From an uncultured Alkalilacustris sp. (GTDB taxonomy: Bacteria; Pseudomonadota; Alphaproteobacteria; Rhodobacterales; Rhodobacteraceae), in the NCBI GenBank assembly GCA_964564395.1, contig CAZMBT010000001.1:1-34705 (forward strand): a DNA stretch of 34,705 nucleotides. Direction: 5' to 3'. A program made the translations under genes and the position numbers. The first letter of the stretch is position 1. Each line of letters opens with the position of its first letter. The notes below the pieces were generated by a model. It saw only the letters and a list, made by a program, of their open reading frames with translations, made no database searches and was not told the origin of the DNA. This document shows positions 25,578 through 34,705 of this stretch, piece after piece.

Positions 25578-26525
25578 TCAGCCGAGCTTCAGCATGGCAT
25601 CGGTAAGCCGGGCGGCCTCCCAGCGGCCGTCTGTGACGGCGTCGCGAACCAGATCGGTGACCAGCCGCGACATCGTTTCGCGCGCTATCGTGGGGTTTCT
25701 GTCTCGCGCCGTGACGAGATAGAGCGTGCGCATCGGCGCGGGATCGCTTACCGGGCGTGCGCCAAGGACTCCGGCGTGCAGCTGCTCACTGACCATGACC
25801 TTGGGGCCGAGCGTGCAGGCCAGCCCGTCGGTCAGCGCGCCGAGTGTACCCGCAATCGAGGCGAGTTGGATATTGGCGTTCGTCTCGAGCCGCCCGAGCG
25901 CGGCCGGATTGTCGAGCAGGGCGCGCGACAGCGTGCCGGTCTGAAGCAGTGCGAGCGGCAACTCGGCCATGTCCTCGAAGGTGATCGGTGCCGATGTGTC
26001 GCCGATGATGGAGCGGTGACCGAGGCAGAACAGCTCTTCCTCGATGATCGGTATGCGTGACGTCCGTTCGTCGCCGGGCGGGTTGTAGACCAGGGCGAGA
26101 TCAACCTCTCCCGTGCTCAGGGCATGAAAGGTTACCCCGGAGAGCCCCTCGCGCAGCACGAGCCGCAGCTTCGGATAGCCCGTCATGACCTCGCGCATGA
26201 GGTCCGACCCGATCACCTTCATGACCGAGTACGGCATCCCGATGGCAATGTTGCCCGAGATTTCGGTCTGGCCGCCCTTCACGTCCGAGACCGCCGAATC
26301 CATCGCGGCGAGGATGGCCTCGGCATGAGCCAGCAGTTTCAACCCGGCTGCCGTTACCTCCATGCCGCGCGGCTTGCGCACGAACAGCGCCGTGCCGAGT
26401 TCGCTTTCGAGATTGGCGATGTGATGGCTCAACGCCGATGCCGCGACATTGCAGTGGTCGGCGGCATGAGACAGCTTTTTGAGCCGGCATACGGCAACGA
26501 AGTATCTGAGTTGTCGCGCATCCAC
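25578..26525 (-). CDS. LysR-family regulator (Nac-like effector domain)
   Basis: LRYFVAV...LSHAA...ALSHHIANLESELG-x-x-LF-x-RKPRG, EGLSG, DLALVY. GTG start. Confidence 0.95.
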   Translation of the reverse strand: MDARQLRYFVAVCRLKKLSHAADHCNVAASALSHHIANLESELGTALFVRKPRGMEVTAAGLKLLAHAEAILAAMDSAVSDVKGGQTEISGNIAIGMPYSVMKVIGSDLMREVMTGYPKLRLVLREGLSGVTFHALSTGEVDLALVYNPPGDERTSRIPIIEEELFCLGHRSIIGDTSAPITFEDMAELPLALLQTGTLSRALLDNPAALGRLETNANIQLASIAGTLGALTDGLACTLGPKVMVSEQLHAGVLGARPVSDPAPMRTLYLVTARDRNPTIARETMSRLVTDLVRDAVTDGRWEAARLTDAMLKLG

Positions 26526-26532
26526 GCGAGCT

Positions 26533-26547
26533 TTCTAACAAACAGAA
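26533..26547. promoter_or_regulatory. LysR-type T-N11-A box
   Basis: TTCT-N7-AGAA dyad immediately upstream of lysR, divergent from the CoA-transferase operon. Confidence 0.6.
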
Positions 26548-26623
26548 CGTAACATTCCAAATCTTATTATTTTGCGACCGGTCGTCATTGGTATGCTCTG
26601 GGTGAGACACTGCCGGAGGACCA

Positions 26624-27784
26624 ATGGCAACCACACCGCCGCTGCAGGGAGTTCGCGTTGTCGAGATGAGCCACATGATAATGGGGCCGTCCTGCGGGAT
26701 GTTCCTGGCCTTTCTTGGAGCCGAAGTCATCAAGGTCGAACCGCCCGAAGGCGATAAGACGCGCAATCTCACCGGTATGGGGGCGGGCTTTTTCCCGACC
26801 TTCAACCGCGCAAAGAAATCGGTCACGCTGGACCTCAAGACCGCTGAGGGCGTGGCAGCGCTGAACGCGTTGCTCGAGACAGCCGACGTGTTCGTCGAGA
26901 ACTTCCGCGACCAATCGCTGGCGAAGATGGGGTGCTCGCCGGACACGCTGCGCGAGCGGTTCCCGCGGTTGGTCGTGGCGTCATGCAAGGGCTTCCTTCA
27001 TGGCCCCTACGAGGATCGCACGGCGATGGACGAGATCGTGCAGATGATGAGCGGGATGGCCTACATGACCGGGCCCACGGGACGACCGCTGCGTATCGGC
27101 TCATCTGCCAACGATATCATGGCGGGGCTGTTCGGGGCCTTCACGGTGCTCGGCGCCTTGATGTCGCGCGAGAAGTCGGGTGACGGCGCCGCGATCCGGG
27201 TGGGCTTGTTCGAGAACTGCCTGCTGCTCGTCGCCCAGCACATGGTGCAATACGACATCGAGGGCAGCGAAGCGCCACCGATGCCGGAGCGCGAGTTTTC
27301 CTGGCCGGTCTACGACATCTTCACCTCGCGCGATGGTCGCCAGCTCTTCGTCGGCGCGGTCACCGAGGGACAATGGACGAAGCTGTGCCGCGTGCTCGAA
27401 CTGACCGAACTGACCACGGATACGCGGCTGCAGACCCGCACCGACCAGATCGCCGCGCGCGACTGGACGATCCCCATAATTGGCAGGGCGATCGCGAACA
27501 GGACGGTGGACGAGTTGGTGCCGGCCTTCGAGGCCGAGGGTATCCCTTTCGCGTCAATCGCCAGGCCGGTCGAGATGTATGATGACCCGCATGTGAACCG
27601 GCCCGGGGGTTTGCTCACCTCTGCTTATGCGGACAAGCGGCCGTTCCGGGCACCTGGCATGCCCGTCGAGTTGAACGGGGCGGCTCTGGTGGCCGAGAAT
27701 GTCGACCTGCCGTCAATCGGACAGCACAACGAGGAGATCATCGCGCCGCTGGCGCCGACGCGAAAGGCCGGGAACAGATCATGA
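26624..27784 (+). CDS. Family III (CaiB/BaiF) CoA-transferase
   Basis: PLQGVRVVE, GPSCG, LGAEVIKVEPPEGD, NRAKKSVTLDLK, DVFVENFR, catalytic Asp in SANDIMAG. Confidence 0.95.
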   Translation: MATTPPLQGVRVVEMSHMIMGPSCGMFLAFLGAEVIKVEPPEGDKTRNLTGMGAGFFPTFNRAKKSVTLDLKTAEGVAALNALLETADVFVENFRDQSLAKMGCSPDTLRERFPRLVVASCKGFLHGPYEDRTAMDEIVQMMSGMAYMTGPTGRPLRIGSSANDIMAGLFGAFTVLGALMSREKSGDGAAIRVGLFENCLLLVAQHMVQYDIEGSEAPPMPEREFSWPVYDIFTSRDGRQLFVGAVTEGQWTKLCRVLELTELTTDTRLQTRTDQIAARDWTIPIIGRAIANRTVDELVPAFEAEGIPFASIARPVEMYDDPHVNRPGGLLTSAYADKRPFRAPGMPVELNGAALVAENVDLPSIGQHNEEIIAPLAPTRKAGNRS

Positions 27785-28737
27785 CACGCGCTCACCGGAT
27801 CTATCCCGAAAACCGTGTGGTGATCCGCGAGGTCGGCCTTCGGGACGGGCTGCAACTGACCGACTCCTACCCATCCACCGACGCGAAGGCGGAATGGATC
27901 GCGAGCGAATACGCGGCGGGTCTGCGTCATTTCGAGGTCGGTTCATTTCTGCCTGTGGCCCGCGCGCCGCAATTCGCGGATGTGAAGCGGGTGATCGACG
28001 TCGTGGCCCGACATGACGGCGCGCATGGCGTGGCGCTCGCGCTCAACGAACGCGGCACGATCGACGCGCTGACGACGGAGGTGGGCGAAATCACCATGGT
28101 CGTGTCGGCGAGCGCAACCCACAACGAGGCGAACGCCCGGCGCACCCGGACGCAGAGCCTGGAAGAGATGGCCAAAGCCGTTCGGCAGCGCGACGAATCC
28201 GGCTCGGATACCATCATCAATGCCGGCATCGCCATGGCGTTCGGCTGCTCGTTCGAAGGGGTGGTCTCGGAAGATGCCGTCCTGCGGCTCGTGGACCGGT
28301 GCCTCGAGGCCGGTGCGGACATGGTCGGGTTGGCGGATACGGTCGGCTTTGCCGGCCCGCGGCAGGTGGGCGCGCTGTGCGCGCGGATGACCGGGCAGCT
28401 CGGTTCGGTGCCGTATGTGATTCATCTGCACGACACGCGTGGCATGGCGATCGCCAATGCCGCCGCCGCGCTCGATGCAGGGTGCCGTGTGCTTGACGGG
28501 GCGCTTGGCGGATTGGGCGGATGCCCCTTCGCGCCGGGCGCCACCGGCAACGTGGTGATCGAGGATCTGATCTTTCTGACCGAGACGAAGGGGTTCGCCA
28601 CCGGCATCGACCTCGGGCAGCTCATGGCGGCCCGGGAGATCCTCGGTCGCGAAATGCCGCACGAAACGTTGCACGGGCAGCTTGCGCAGGCCGGGCCGCC
28701 ACCGGATCCGGTCTGGCGTGCGGCGTCGGATGCGTAG
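27781..28737 (+). CDS. HMG-CoA lyase-like (DRE-TIM) acyl-CoA lyase
   Basis: EVGLRDGLQ, LADTVG, HLHDTRG, GLGGCPFAPGATGN. ATGA overlap with the CoA-transferase. Confidence 0.93.
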   Translation: MTRAHRIYPENRVVIREVGLRDGLQLTDSYPSTDAKAEWIASEYAAGLRHFEVGSFLPVARAPQFADVKRVIDVVARHDGAHGVALALNERGTIDALTTEVGEITMVVSASATHNEANARRTRTQSLEEMAKAVRQRDESGSDTIINAGIAMAFGCSFEGVVSEDAVLRLVDRCLEAGADMVGLADTVGFAGPRQVGALCARMTGQLGSVPYVIHLHDTRGMAIANAAAALDAGCRVLDGALGGLGGCPFAPGATGNVVIEDLIFLTETKGFATGIDLGQLMAAREILGREMPHETLHGQLAQAGPPPDPVWRAASDA

Positions 28738-28792
28738 AAGGAACCGCGCCACGCAGCGTGTGCTAACGCAAACCAAGGGGAGGAGACTCATC

Positions 28793-29803
28793 ATGAACAC
28801 GCCTATCAGAAAGACCGGTTTCGTCTGCGGACTGGCCCTGGCGGCCGCGGGCGGCGCACCGGTGGCCGCCGAGACGACGCAGATGCGCTGCAGTCATCAG
28901 CTGCCGCCGGCGCATCATGTCGCCGAGGTGATCGATCGCTGGGCAGACGAGGTCGAGCAGTTGTCGCAGGGCGAAATCGAGGTTCAGGTCTTCGGCGCCA
29001 GCAGCCTGATGAGCCCCGGCGACAACATCGTGGGGGTCGCCAGCGGCGAGATCGAGTGTGCCTTTTCGGTGAATTTCCAGTGGGGGCGGACGCTGCCGCT
29101 GATGAACGTGACCACCGCGCCCTTTGCCTTCGCCGACATGGAGATCTGGCGCCAGTGGCCGACTTCGCAGGCAGCAGCGTTTCTGGACGACAAGCTGCTC
29201 GAGCGTGGCGTGCGCAATGTCGCGTGGATGTTCCAGACCAACACATCCGTGTTCACCTCCCGGGGCGACCCCTTGGTTGCACCGGAGGATTTCGAGGGTC
29301 TGCAGATCCGCGGGCTGGTGCCCGCCTTCAACGCCGCGCTCGAGGCGCTGGGCGCGGCGCCGGTATCGATGTCGGGGGACGAGGTCTATGAGGCCCTCGC
29401 CACCGGCGTCATCGATGGCGCGCTCACCGACGTGTCGGCCGCGGTGGCCCGCAATTACTACGAGGTGCAGGACCAGTTCACCGTTGTGCCGGTGATCAGC
29501 GTGTTCTTTCACGCGTATGTGACACCGGATTGGTATGACGGGCTGTCGCAGAAGGCCCAGTCCGCCATTGACGAAGCCGGGCTCAAGGCGGCGCAGTGGG
29601 CCATCGAGGCAGCCGAAGAAGCCGTGGCCACCGCCCCTGACGAGCTGCGCGAGCGCGGTGTCAATGTGCATGTCGCGACGGCCGAGGAGAATGCGGCGCT
29701 CGAAGCGGTCATGCGCCCGGCCTTCGATGCGACCTTTGCGTCCGATGACCCGGACAGCGAGCGTCTGATCGAGCTGATCGACCAGCTCATAGACGAGAGC
29801 TGA
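28793..29803 (+). CDS. dctP: TRAP transporter substrate-binding protein
   Basis: Signal peptide, DFEGLQIR (conserved carboxylate-binding Arg), EVYEALATGVIDG. GGAGGAG RBS before ATG 28793. Confidence 0.93.
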   Translation: MNTPIRKTGFVCGLALAAAGGAPVAAETTQMRCSHQLPPAHHVAEVIDRWADEVEQLSQGEIEVQVFGASSLMSPGDNIVGVASGEIECAFSVNFQWGRTLPLMNVTTAPFAFADMEIWRQWPTSQAAAFLDDKLLERGVRNVAWMFQTNTSVFTSRGDPLVAPEDFEGLQIRGLVPAFNAALEALGAAPVSMSGDEVYEALATGVIDGALTDVSAAVARNYYEVQDQFTVVPVISVFFHAYVTPDWYDGLSQKAQSAIDEAGLKAAQWAIEAAEEAVATAPDELRERGVNVHVATAEENAALEAVMRPAFDATFASDDPDSERLIELIDQLIDES

Positions 29804-29813
29804 GGCTGCAGCG

Positions 29814-30341
29814 ATGCAGGAGCCGGGAAACCCGAGCGCGGCCGCGCGGGCGGCCGCGTTCCTGGAACGCGTGACGGGCTGGGTCGCCTGGATCTGTGGC
29901 ATGCTCAGCGCGCTGCTGATCCTGGTCGTCCTGGTCATCACGATCTACGCGGTGACACAACGATACCTGCTGCGAACACCGGTTCTCTGGGCTTACGAGA
30001 CCATCGGGATGCTGCTTGTCGCGCTCATCATGCTGGGCGCGGCCGAAGCATACCGGCGCGGGGATCACATATCGATCGATCTGCTCACCGGAGGCGCTAC
30101 GGGCTGGAAGCGCCGGCTCGTTGAGGCCTGGTCCGATCTGGCGGTCCTCACCCTGGCCTTGATCCTGTTCTACAGCTCCTGGCACGCGATCGCGTTCGCC
30201 CGGCGCTTCGGTTCCTATACCTCGGGGAATATCGAGATTCAGACCTGGATACCCCGGGTGCCGCTGCTGTTCGGTGCGGGGCTGCTGGCGCTGATTGCCG
30301 TATCCCGCCTCATCGCCCGGCTGACGGGGGCGCAGAGATGA
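29814..30341 (+). CDS. dctQ: TRAP transporter small permease
   Basis: Four TM segments, RY-x-x-x-x-P-x-x-WA-x-E, HISIDLL. Lies between dctP and dctM. Confidence 0.92.
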   Translation: MQEPGNPSAAARAAAFLERVTGWVAWICGMLSALLILVVLVITIYAVTQRYLLRTPVLWAYETIGMLLVALIMLGAAEAYRRGDHISIDLLTGGATGWKRRLVEAWSDLAVLTLALILFYSSWHAIAFARRFGSYTSGNIEIQTWIPRVPLLFGAGLLALIAVSRLIARLTGAQR

Positions 30342-31621
30342 CCGCGCTACTCATATTCGCCGGGCTTATCCTGCTCTTGCTGTCGGGCATGCCGATCTTT
30401 GCGGCCCTCGGGCTCGCCGCGGCCGCGATCCTGCTCATCTTCGAGGGCGGTGTGGCGGGCATGTCGGGCACGGTATACGCTCATCTCGACAAGCCGATCC
30501 TCGCGACGATCCCGCTTTTCGTGTTCATGGCCCATGTAATGATCCGGGCCAGGGTGATCGACGATCTGTATTTCATGGCCCACACCGTCGTGGGTCACAT
30601 CAAGGGCGGGCTTGGCGTCGCGACGGTGCTGTCTTGTACCGTATTCTCGGCGATCTCCGGCTCGTCCGTCGCCACGGCCCTGTCCATCGGTTCGACGGCG
30701 ATCCCGCAGATGCAGCGCTATGGCTACCCCGAGCGCGACGCGCTGGGTGTCGTTGCCGCTGGAGGGACGCTCGGCATCCTGATTCCGCCATCGGGGCCCA
30801 TGATCCTTTACGCGGTGGTATCGGAAGTCTCCATCGGGGCGCTGTTTCTCGCGGGCATCGTGCCGGGCCTGATGCTCGCGGCGATCTTTTCGCTGTTCTG
30901 CATCGGCAGGGCGGCGTATCTGGGCTCGGACACGCCTGCATGGGCAGGGTGGACACGGGTCGCGGGGGCGCTGCGTCGCTCGATCTGGGCGGTTCTGGCC
31001 CCGCCCGTGGTCATGGGCGGCATCTATCTGGGCATCTTCACCGCTTCGGAAGCCGCCGCGATCGGCGCGCTCTACGCGCTCTTCGTGGCGGTCGTCATCT
31101 ACCGGGGGTTCGGTTTGCGCGATCTGCGCGACTGCGCTTACAAGACGATGCGCACCTCGATCATGGTGTTCATGATCATCGCAGGTGCCGCGATGTTCGG
31201 ACACGCGATCACCATCATCCGCCTGCCAGCCCAGATCGCCGAGTTCGTTACCGCGATGGGGCTCGGGCCGGTCGCATTCCTGCTCATCGTCATGCTCATG
31301 ATTTTCGTGATGGGCATGTTCTTCGAGTCGATCGCGATCATACTCGTCACAACGCCGATCCTGTTGCCGACGATGATCGCGCTCGACATCGACCTCATCT
31401 GGTATGGTGTGCTGCTGATGGTGAACCTGGAGCTTGCGATGATCACACCGCCCGTCGGCATGAATCTCTTCGTGATAAAGGGAATTACGGATGCCCCGTT
31501 GGCGCGGGTGGTGCGCGGCGCCTCACCCTATGTGGCGCTCATGCTGCTGGGTTTGGGGTTGCTGTTCATCTTTCCGGGGATCGCCACATGGCTGCCGTAT
31601 TCGGCAGGTTTCGGCCGCTGA
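30338..31621 (+). CDS. dctM: TRAP transporter large permease
   Basis: IPLFVFM, FSAISGSSVATA, GTLGILIPPS, LFLAGIVPG, ITPPVGMNLFV. Confidence 0.95.
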   Translation: MTALLIFAGLILLLLSGMPIFAALGLAAAAILLIFEGGVAGMSGTVYAHLDKPILATIPLFVFMAHVMIRARVIDDLYFMAHTVVGHIKGGLGVATVLSCTVFSAISGSSVATALSIGSTAIPQMQRYGYPERDALGVVAAGGTLGILIPPSGPMILYAVVSEVSIGALFLAGIVPGLMLAAIFSLFCIGRAAYLGSDTPAWAGWTRVAGALRRSIWAVLAPPVVMGGIYLGIFTASEAAAIGALYALFVAVVIYRGFGLRDLRDCAYKTMRTSIMVFMIIAGAAMFGHAITIIRLPAQIAEFVTAMGLGPVAFLLIVMLMIFVMGMFFESIAIILVTTPILLPTMIALDIDLIWYGVLLMVNLELAMITPPVGMNLFVIKGITDAPLARVVRGASPYVALMLLGLGLLFIFPGIATWLPYSAGFGR

Positions 31622-31736
31622 CCGGGGCGCGGTCCTGACGGGGTGAGCCAATCCGACGGCAGGCGGACCTTGTGCGCACGGTCGCGCGGATCAAATGCGC
31701 GTCAACCCGGGCCGGGTGGTCGGTTATTCGCGTGGC

Positions 31737-32339
31737 TCACCCGGCAGGGTCACCAGCGGCGAACTGCTCGGCGATCTCGGCGACGCTGCGAATCTCGCCG
31801 ATGAGGGACAGGTTCTCGAGCGTGGCCGCGTGAAGATGCGGCTCGCGGCACGAGCACGCGTCGCTTGCGATCGTGATCTCCCACCCCAGATCCACCGCAT
31901 GCGCAGCCGTGGTCGCGACCACCGAATTGGTCGCAACCCCGGCAATAATCAGTCGCCCAACCCGCAATGCGCGCAGGATCTCGGCGAGCTGTGATCCGAT
32001 GAATGCGCTGATGCGGCTGTGATGGACCACGAATTCACCTGGCAGTGGCTCCAGCCCGTCGACGAACTCCGCGCCCCAGCTTCCCTCGACCATCGCTCCG
32101 CTGGCTGTGACCCTGCGAAAGATGGGCGCGTTCTGGATGACTTCGGCGTGATCGGGCCGGAAGGCGATCCGCACCGAGATGACCGGCACGCCTGCTTCCC
32201 TTGCACCGCCAAGAAGTGCGCGCGCTGCTGCAACAACCCGATTCGAGGCACCATCGTCGCGGGCAACTCCGAGCCGGATGCGTCCATCGGGGTGAAGCAC
32301 TTCGTTCTGGTAATGAAGTGCGAGGACGGCCACTCTCAT
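31737..32339 (-). CDS. Isochorismatase/cysteine-hydrolase-fold protein lacking the Asp-Lys-Cys triad
   Basis: Fold motifs LALHYQN, AREAGVPVI, GSWGAEFV, R-x-SAF, IAGVATN, SDACS. ATGA overlap with the upstream MBL gene. Confidence 0.88.
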   Translation of the reverse strand: MRVAVLALHYQNEVLHPDGRIRLGVARDDGASNRVVAAARALLGGAREAGVPVISVRIAFRPDHAEVIQNAPIFRRVTASGAMVEGSWGAEFVDGLEPLPGEFVVHHSRISAFIGSQLAEILRALRVGRLIIAGVATNSVVATTAAHAVDLGWEITIASDACSCREPHLHAATLENLSLIGEIRSVAEIAEQFAAGDPAG

Positions 32340-33226
32340 GAGCGGGTGTCGATATGGTAGCGCAGGGCAAACCCGATCCATTCGGGGAAATGCCAGTCCG
32401 GGTGATCGGCGCGGATCTGCTCCTCAAGTTCGGCAATGATCGTCTCTGCGTCCTTGCCGGCGGCCTTCGCGGAGGCCACCTTGGCTGCGACATCGGCGAT
32501 ATAGTCCCGCACGTCCTCGATGATTCCGACCCCGCCGACCTCGCCATGTCCTGGCACGACGATCTTCGGCTCCAGTGCGATGCAATCGTCGAGCGCCGCG
32601 ACCCAGTTCGCAGCGTCGATATCGGTGTCATCGGGCGGAAACCACGGAAAGATCGGGAAGGTCTTTTCCTCGGCGAGATCGCCGGTGAACAGAACTCCCG
32701 CATCGGGCAGCCAGACGATCTGGTCGCCGCGAGTGTGAGCCATGCCCCAATTGCGCAGCACCACCCTGCGCCCTCCCAGATCAATCTCGTGGTGTGACCC
32801 GTCATAAAGATCGTCGGCCTCGACAAGCTCGGTACCTTCGAGAGCGCCGGCAATCTCGGGGCCCATTCCGCGGAACATCTCGAGATACCCCTCACCCTTC
32901 GCGGCCAGATCCTCGCCCTGTGCACGATTGTAGATGATCTGTGCCTTGCCCTTGAAGGGGGCGGCGCCGAAGCCGTGCTCAGGGTGAAAATGCGTCAGCG
33001 TCAGAACAAGGCGCCGGTCGCCCGCGATCTCCTGCGCTGCACGCAGTACGGCGGCACCGTTTTGTGGCCCCATGCCGGTATCGACCACCAGGGCGCTGTG
33101 ATCGCCCAGCACGATACCGATATTCGGCACCAGAGGGATCCTGTGATCGGGGATGACGATCACGCCGGAGGCAATCTCGCGGCGCGTCGCGGCGTTTACG
33201 ATGGGCGCGGGGGCGGTCTCGGTCAT
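32336..33226 (-). CDS. Metallo-beta-lactamase-fold hydrolase
   Basis: LVVDTG, THFHPEH, AHTRGD, LFTGDL, VVPGHG. AGGAG RBS before ATG 33226. Confidence 0.92.
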   Translation of the reverse strand: MTETAPAPIVNAATRREIASGVIVIPDHRIPLVPNIGIVLGDHSALVVDTGMGPQNGAAVLRAAQEIAGDRRLVLTLTHFHPEHGFGAAPFKGKAQIIYNRAQGEDLAAKGEGYLEMFRGMGPEIAGALEGTELVEADDLYDGSHHEIDLGGRRVVLRNWGMAHTRGDQIVWLPDAGVLFTGDLAEEKTFPIFPWFPPDDTDIDAANWVAALDDCIALEPKIVVPGHGEVGGVGIIEDVRDYIADVAAKVASAKAAGKDAETIIAELEEQIRADHPDWHFPEWIGFALRYHIDTRS

Positions 33227-33255
33227 CTCGGTCTCCTGATGTTTGTTCGATGTTC

Positions 33256-34320
33256 TCAGCCCCGCAGGCCGCACAGGGTGATCTCGCGGCCGCCGGTGAT
33301 GCCTTGAGGGCGAAAGAGGATGATGCCCAGCATCAAGGCGGCCAGCACGACGTCACCCAGGCCAGCGGGGGCTTTCACCGGTATGTCGGCCATTGGCAGG
33401 CGCCCCCCGATCTCCAGCAACCGGAGAAGCTCGCTCAGCGTCGAAATCACGATGACCCCGACGACGGCGCCTGTAAGGCTGCGCATTCCGCCCACGACAA
33501 GCATGGTTATGTAGAGGAAGGTCGGATCGAGATAGAAATTCTCGACCCGGAGCGTGCCAAGGAAATGGCCGTAGAACACGCCGGCGATGCCACACAGGAA
33601 CGCGCCCAGCACGAAGGCTGTCAGCCGTTCACGCACGACGCGCACGCCAGCTGCCCGCGCTGCCACCTCATCCTCGCGCGACGCACGCAGCGCCAGGCAC
33701 GATCGCGATTCCTGATAGATGAAGGCCAGCGTGATGGCGCCTATCGCCGTCAACCCGGCGTTCCACACCGTGACATAGGTCGGCAACCCCATCAGAGACC
33801 GCTGCCCGCCGGTAACCCCCGTCCAGTTGCCCAGGACTATGTAGAAGATCATCAGGATCGAGAGCGTGGCGATCCCTGCGCCGATACCGGAAAGCCGCAT
33901 GATCGGCAGCCCGACCACGAGGGCGACAAGCGCCGCGACGACGCCCCCGGCAAGAGCGCCGATGGTCGGATCGAACTGGGCGGCGGCCAGCCAGTCGGGG
34001 AGATCCTGCAGAAAGGTGGCCTTTACCTGCGGGCGCATGGTCAGAAGCGCTGAAACATAGGCCCCGATTGCCATGAAGCCGACGGAAGAGAAGTTGAGAA
34101 CGCCGGAATTACCCATGAAGACATACAGGCCGACAACCGAAATCAGACTGATGAAACCGAGGGTCACGCGGCGCTGCTGGACGACGCCGAGCTGGCTGGC
34201 AAGCAGCATGATGCCGGCAAGTACAGCCGCCAGGATCAGGAGCGGTACGACGCGTTCCAGCCGCTCGCGTGACAACCATTCGACCGGCTGGGAGGATATT
34301 CTGGTGCCGGGCCGGCTCAT
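33256..34320 (-). CDS. livM: Branched-chain amino acid-type ABC permease (LivM-like)
   Basis: SGVLNFS-x-x-GFMAIGAY, RLSG-x-x-x-GIATL, TGGQRSL, LRASREDEVAARAAGV, VVGGMRS-x-x-GAV-x-G, FRPQGI. Confidence 0.92.
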   Translation of the reverse strand: MSRPGTRISSQPVEWLSRERLERVVPLLILAAVLAGIMLLASQLGVVQQRRVTLGFISLISVVGLYVFMGNSGVLNFSSVGFMAIGAYVSALLTMRPQVKATFLQDLPDWLAAAQFDPTIGALAGGVVAALVALVVGLPIMRLSGIGAGIATLSILMIFYIVLGNWTGVTGGQRSLMGLPTYVTVWNAGLTAIGAITLAFIYQESRSCLALRASREDEVAARAAGVRVVRERLTAFVLGAFLCGIAGVFYGHFLGTLRVENFYLDPTFLYITMLVVGGMRSLTGAVVGVIVISTLSELLRLLEIGGRLPMADIPVKAPAGLGDVVLAALMLGIILFRPQGITGGREITLCGLRG

Positions 34321-34705
34321 ATCCGCTCCTTCAGCCCACGGGCGGGAAACAGACCTTGCGGCCGGAACAGCAGGACAAGAATGACGATGAAGAAGAGGAA
34401 GGCTTCGCGGAAGGGCCGCAGATCGGGCGGAAGGAACGTCTGCAGCAGTGTCGAAACGATTCCGACGAGGAACCCGCCGGCAGCGGCGCCGACAAGATTC
34501 CCCAGCCCTCCGATGACCGTCGCGACGAAGGCGATGATGACGATCTGCAAACCGAAGCGCGGGTGAACAAATCCGGTCTGCGCCGAGAAGAGGACAGCGA
34601 CAACCGCCGCGAGCAGCGCCGACAGGACGAAGGCGGTGGCAATCACGCGGTTCGCGCGAACGCCAAGTAGCCGCGACATGGTGAAATCCTCCGCCGCGGC
34701 ACGCA
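34317..34705 (-). CDS. livH: Branched-chain amino acid-type ABC permease (LivH-like), 5' end outside the window
   Basis: Frame is open to the window edge: RAAAEDFTMSRLLGV, AFVATVIGGLGNL-x-GA, LLFRPQGLF. Confidence 0.9.
   Translation of the reverse strand, partial: RAAAEDFTMSRLLGVRANRVIATAFVLSALLAAVVAVLFSAQTGFVHPRFGLQIVIIAFVATVIGGLGNLVGAAAGGFLVGIVSTLLQTFLPPDLRPFREAFLFFIVILVLLFRPQGLFPARGLKERI

Noticed and set aside
1-34705. CRISPR arrays, tRNA/rRNA genes, IS elements, integrases, known riboswitches
   Set aside because: By eye I found no regularly spaced repeats, cloverleaf or rRNA signatures, or transposase/recombinase motifs. An Infernal scan would be needed to exclude small RNAs.

Overview
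High-GC bacterial DNA, probably alphaproteobacterial (Tat-type signals, TRAP system, BLUF protein), with about 33 real genes. I see no rRNA, tRNA, CRISPR array or transposase. The strongest candidate for an undescribed system is the minus-strand gene at 23-2479. It fuses a eukaryote-like tubulin-tyrosine-ligase-like (TTLL polyglutamylase-type) ATP-grasp domain to a PqqD-like RiPP-recognition element and a degenerate HprK-related kinase fold. That architecture points to a bacterial peptide/protein amino-acid-branching enzyme, but no precursor gene is visible in the window. Divergent from it lie an ECF sigma-factor fragment in frame with a DsbA-like gene, a thiol-redox cassette (DsbA, thioredoxin-like, DUF3179, Cys-Cys membrane protein), a small secreted protein, an orphan ORF and a stand-alone BLUF photoreceptor. 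From 8.5 kb on, the window is catabolic. It holds an amidase, two luciferase-like flavin monooxygenases, FMN- and FAD-linked 2-hydroxyacid dehydrogenases, an MDR reductase, a peptide-type ABC importer, an EthD-like protein, an HpcH aldolase and three GntR regulators. A LysR/CoA-transferase/HMG-CoA-lyase-like/TRAP module follows, then a Liv-type ABC operon ending in an MBL hydrolase and an isochorismatase-fold protein that lacks the whole catalytic triad. All calls come from motif recognition by eye; no database searches were run.
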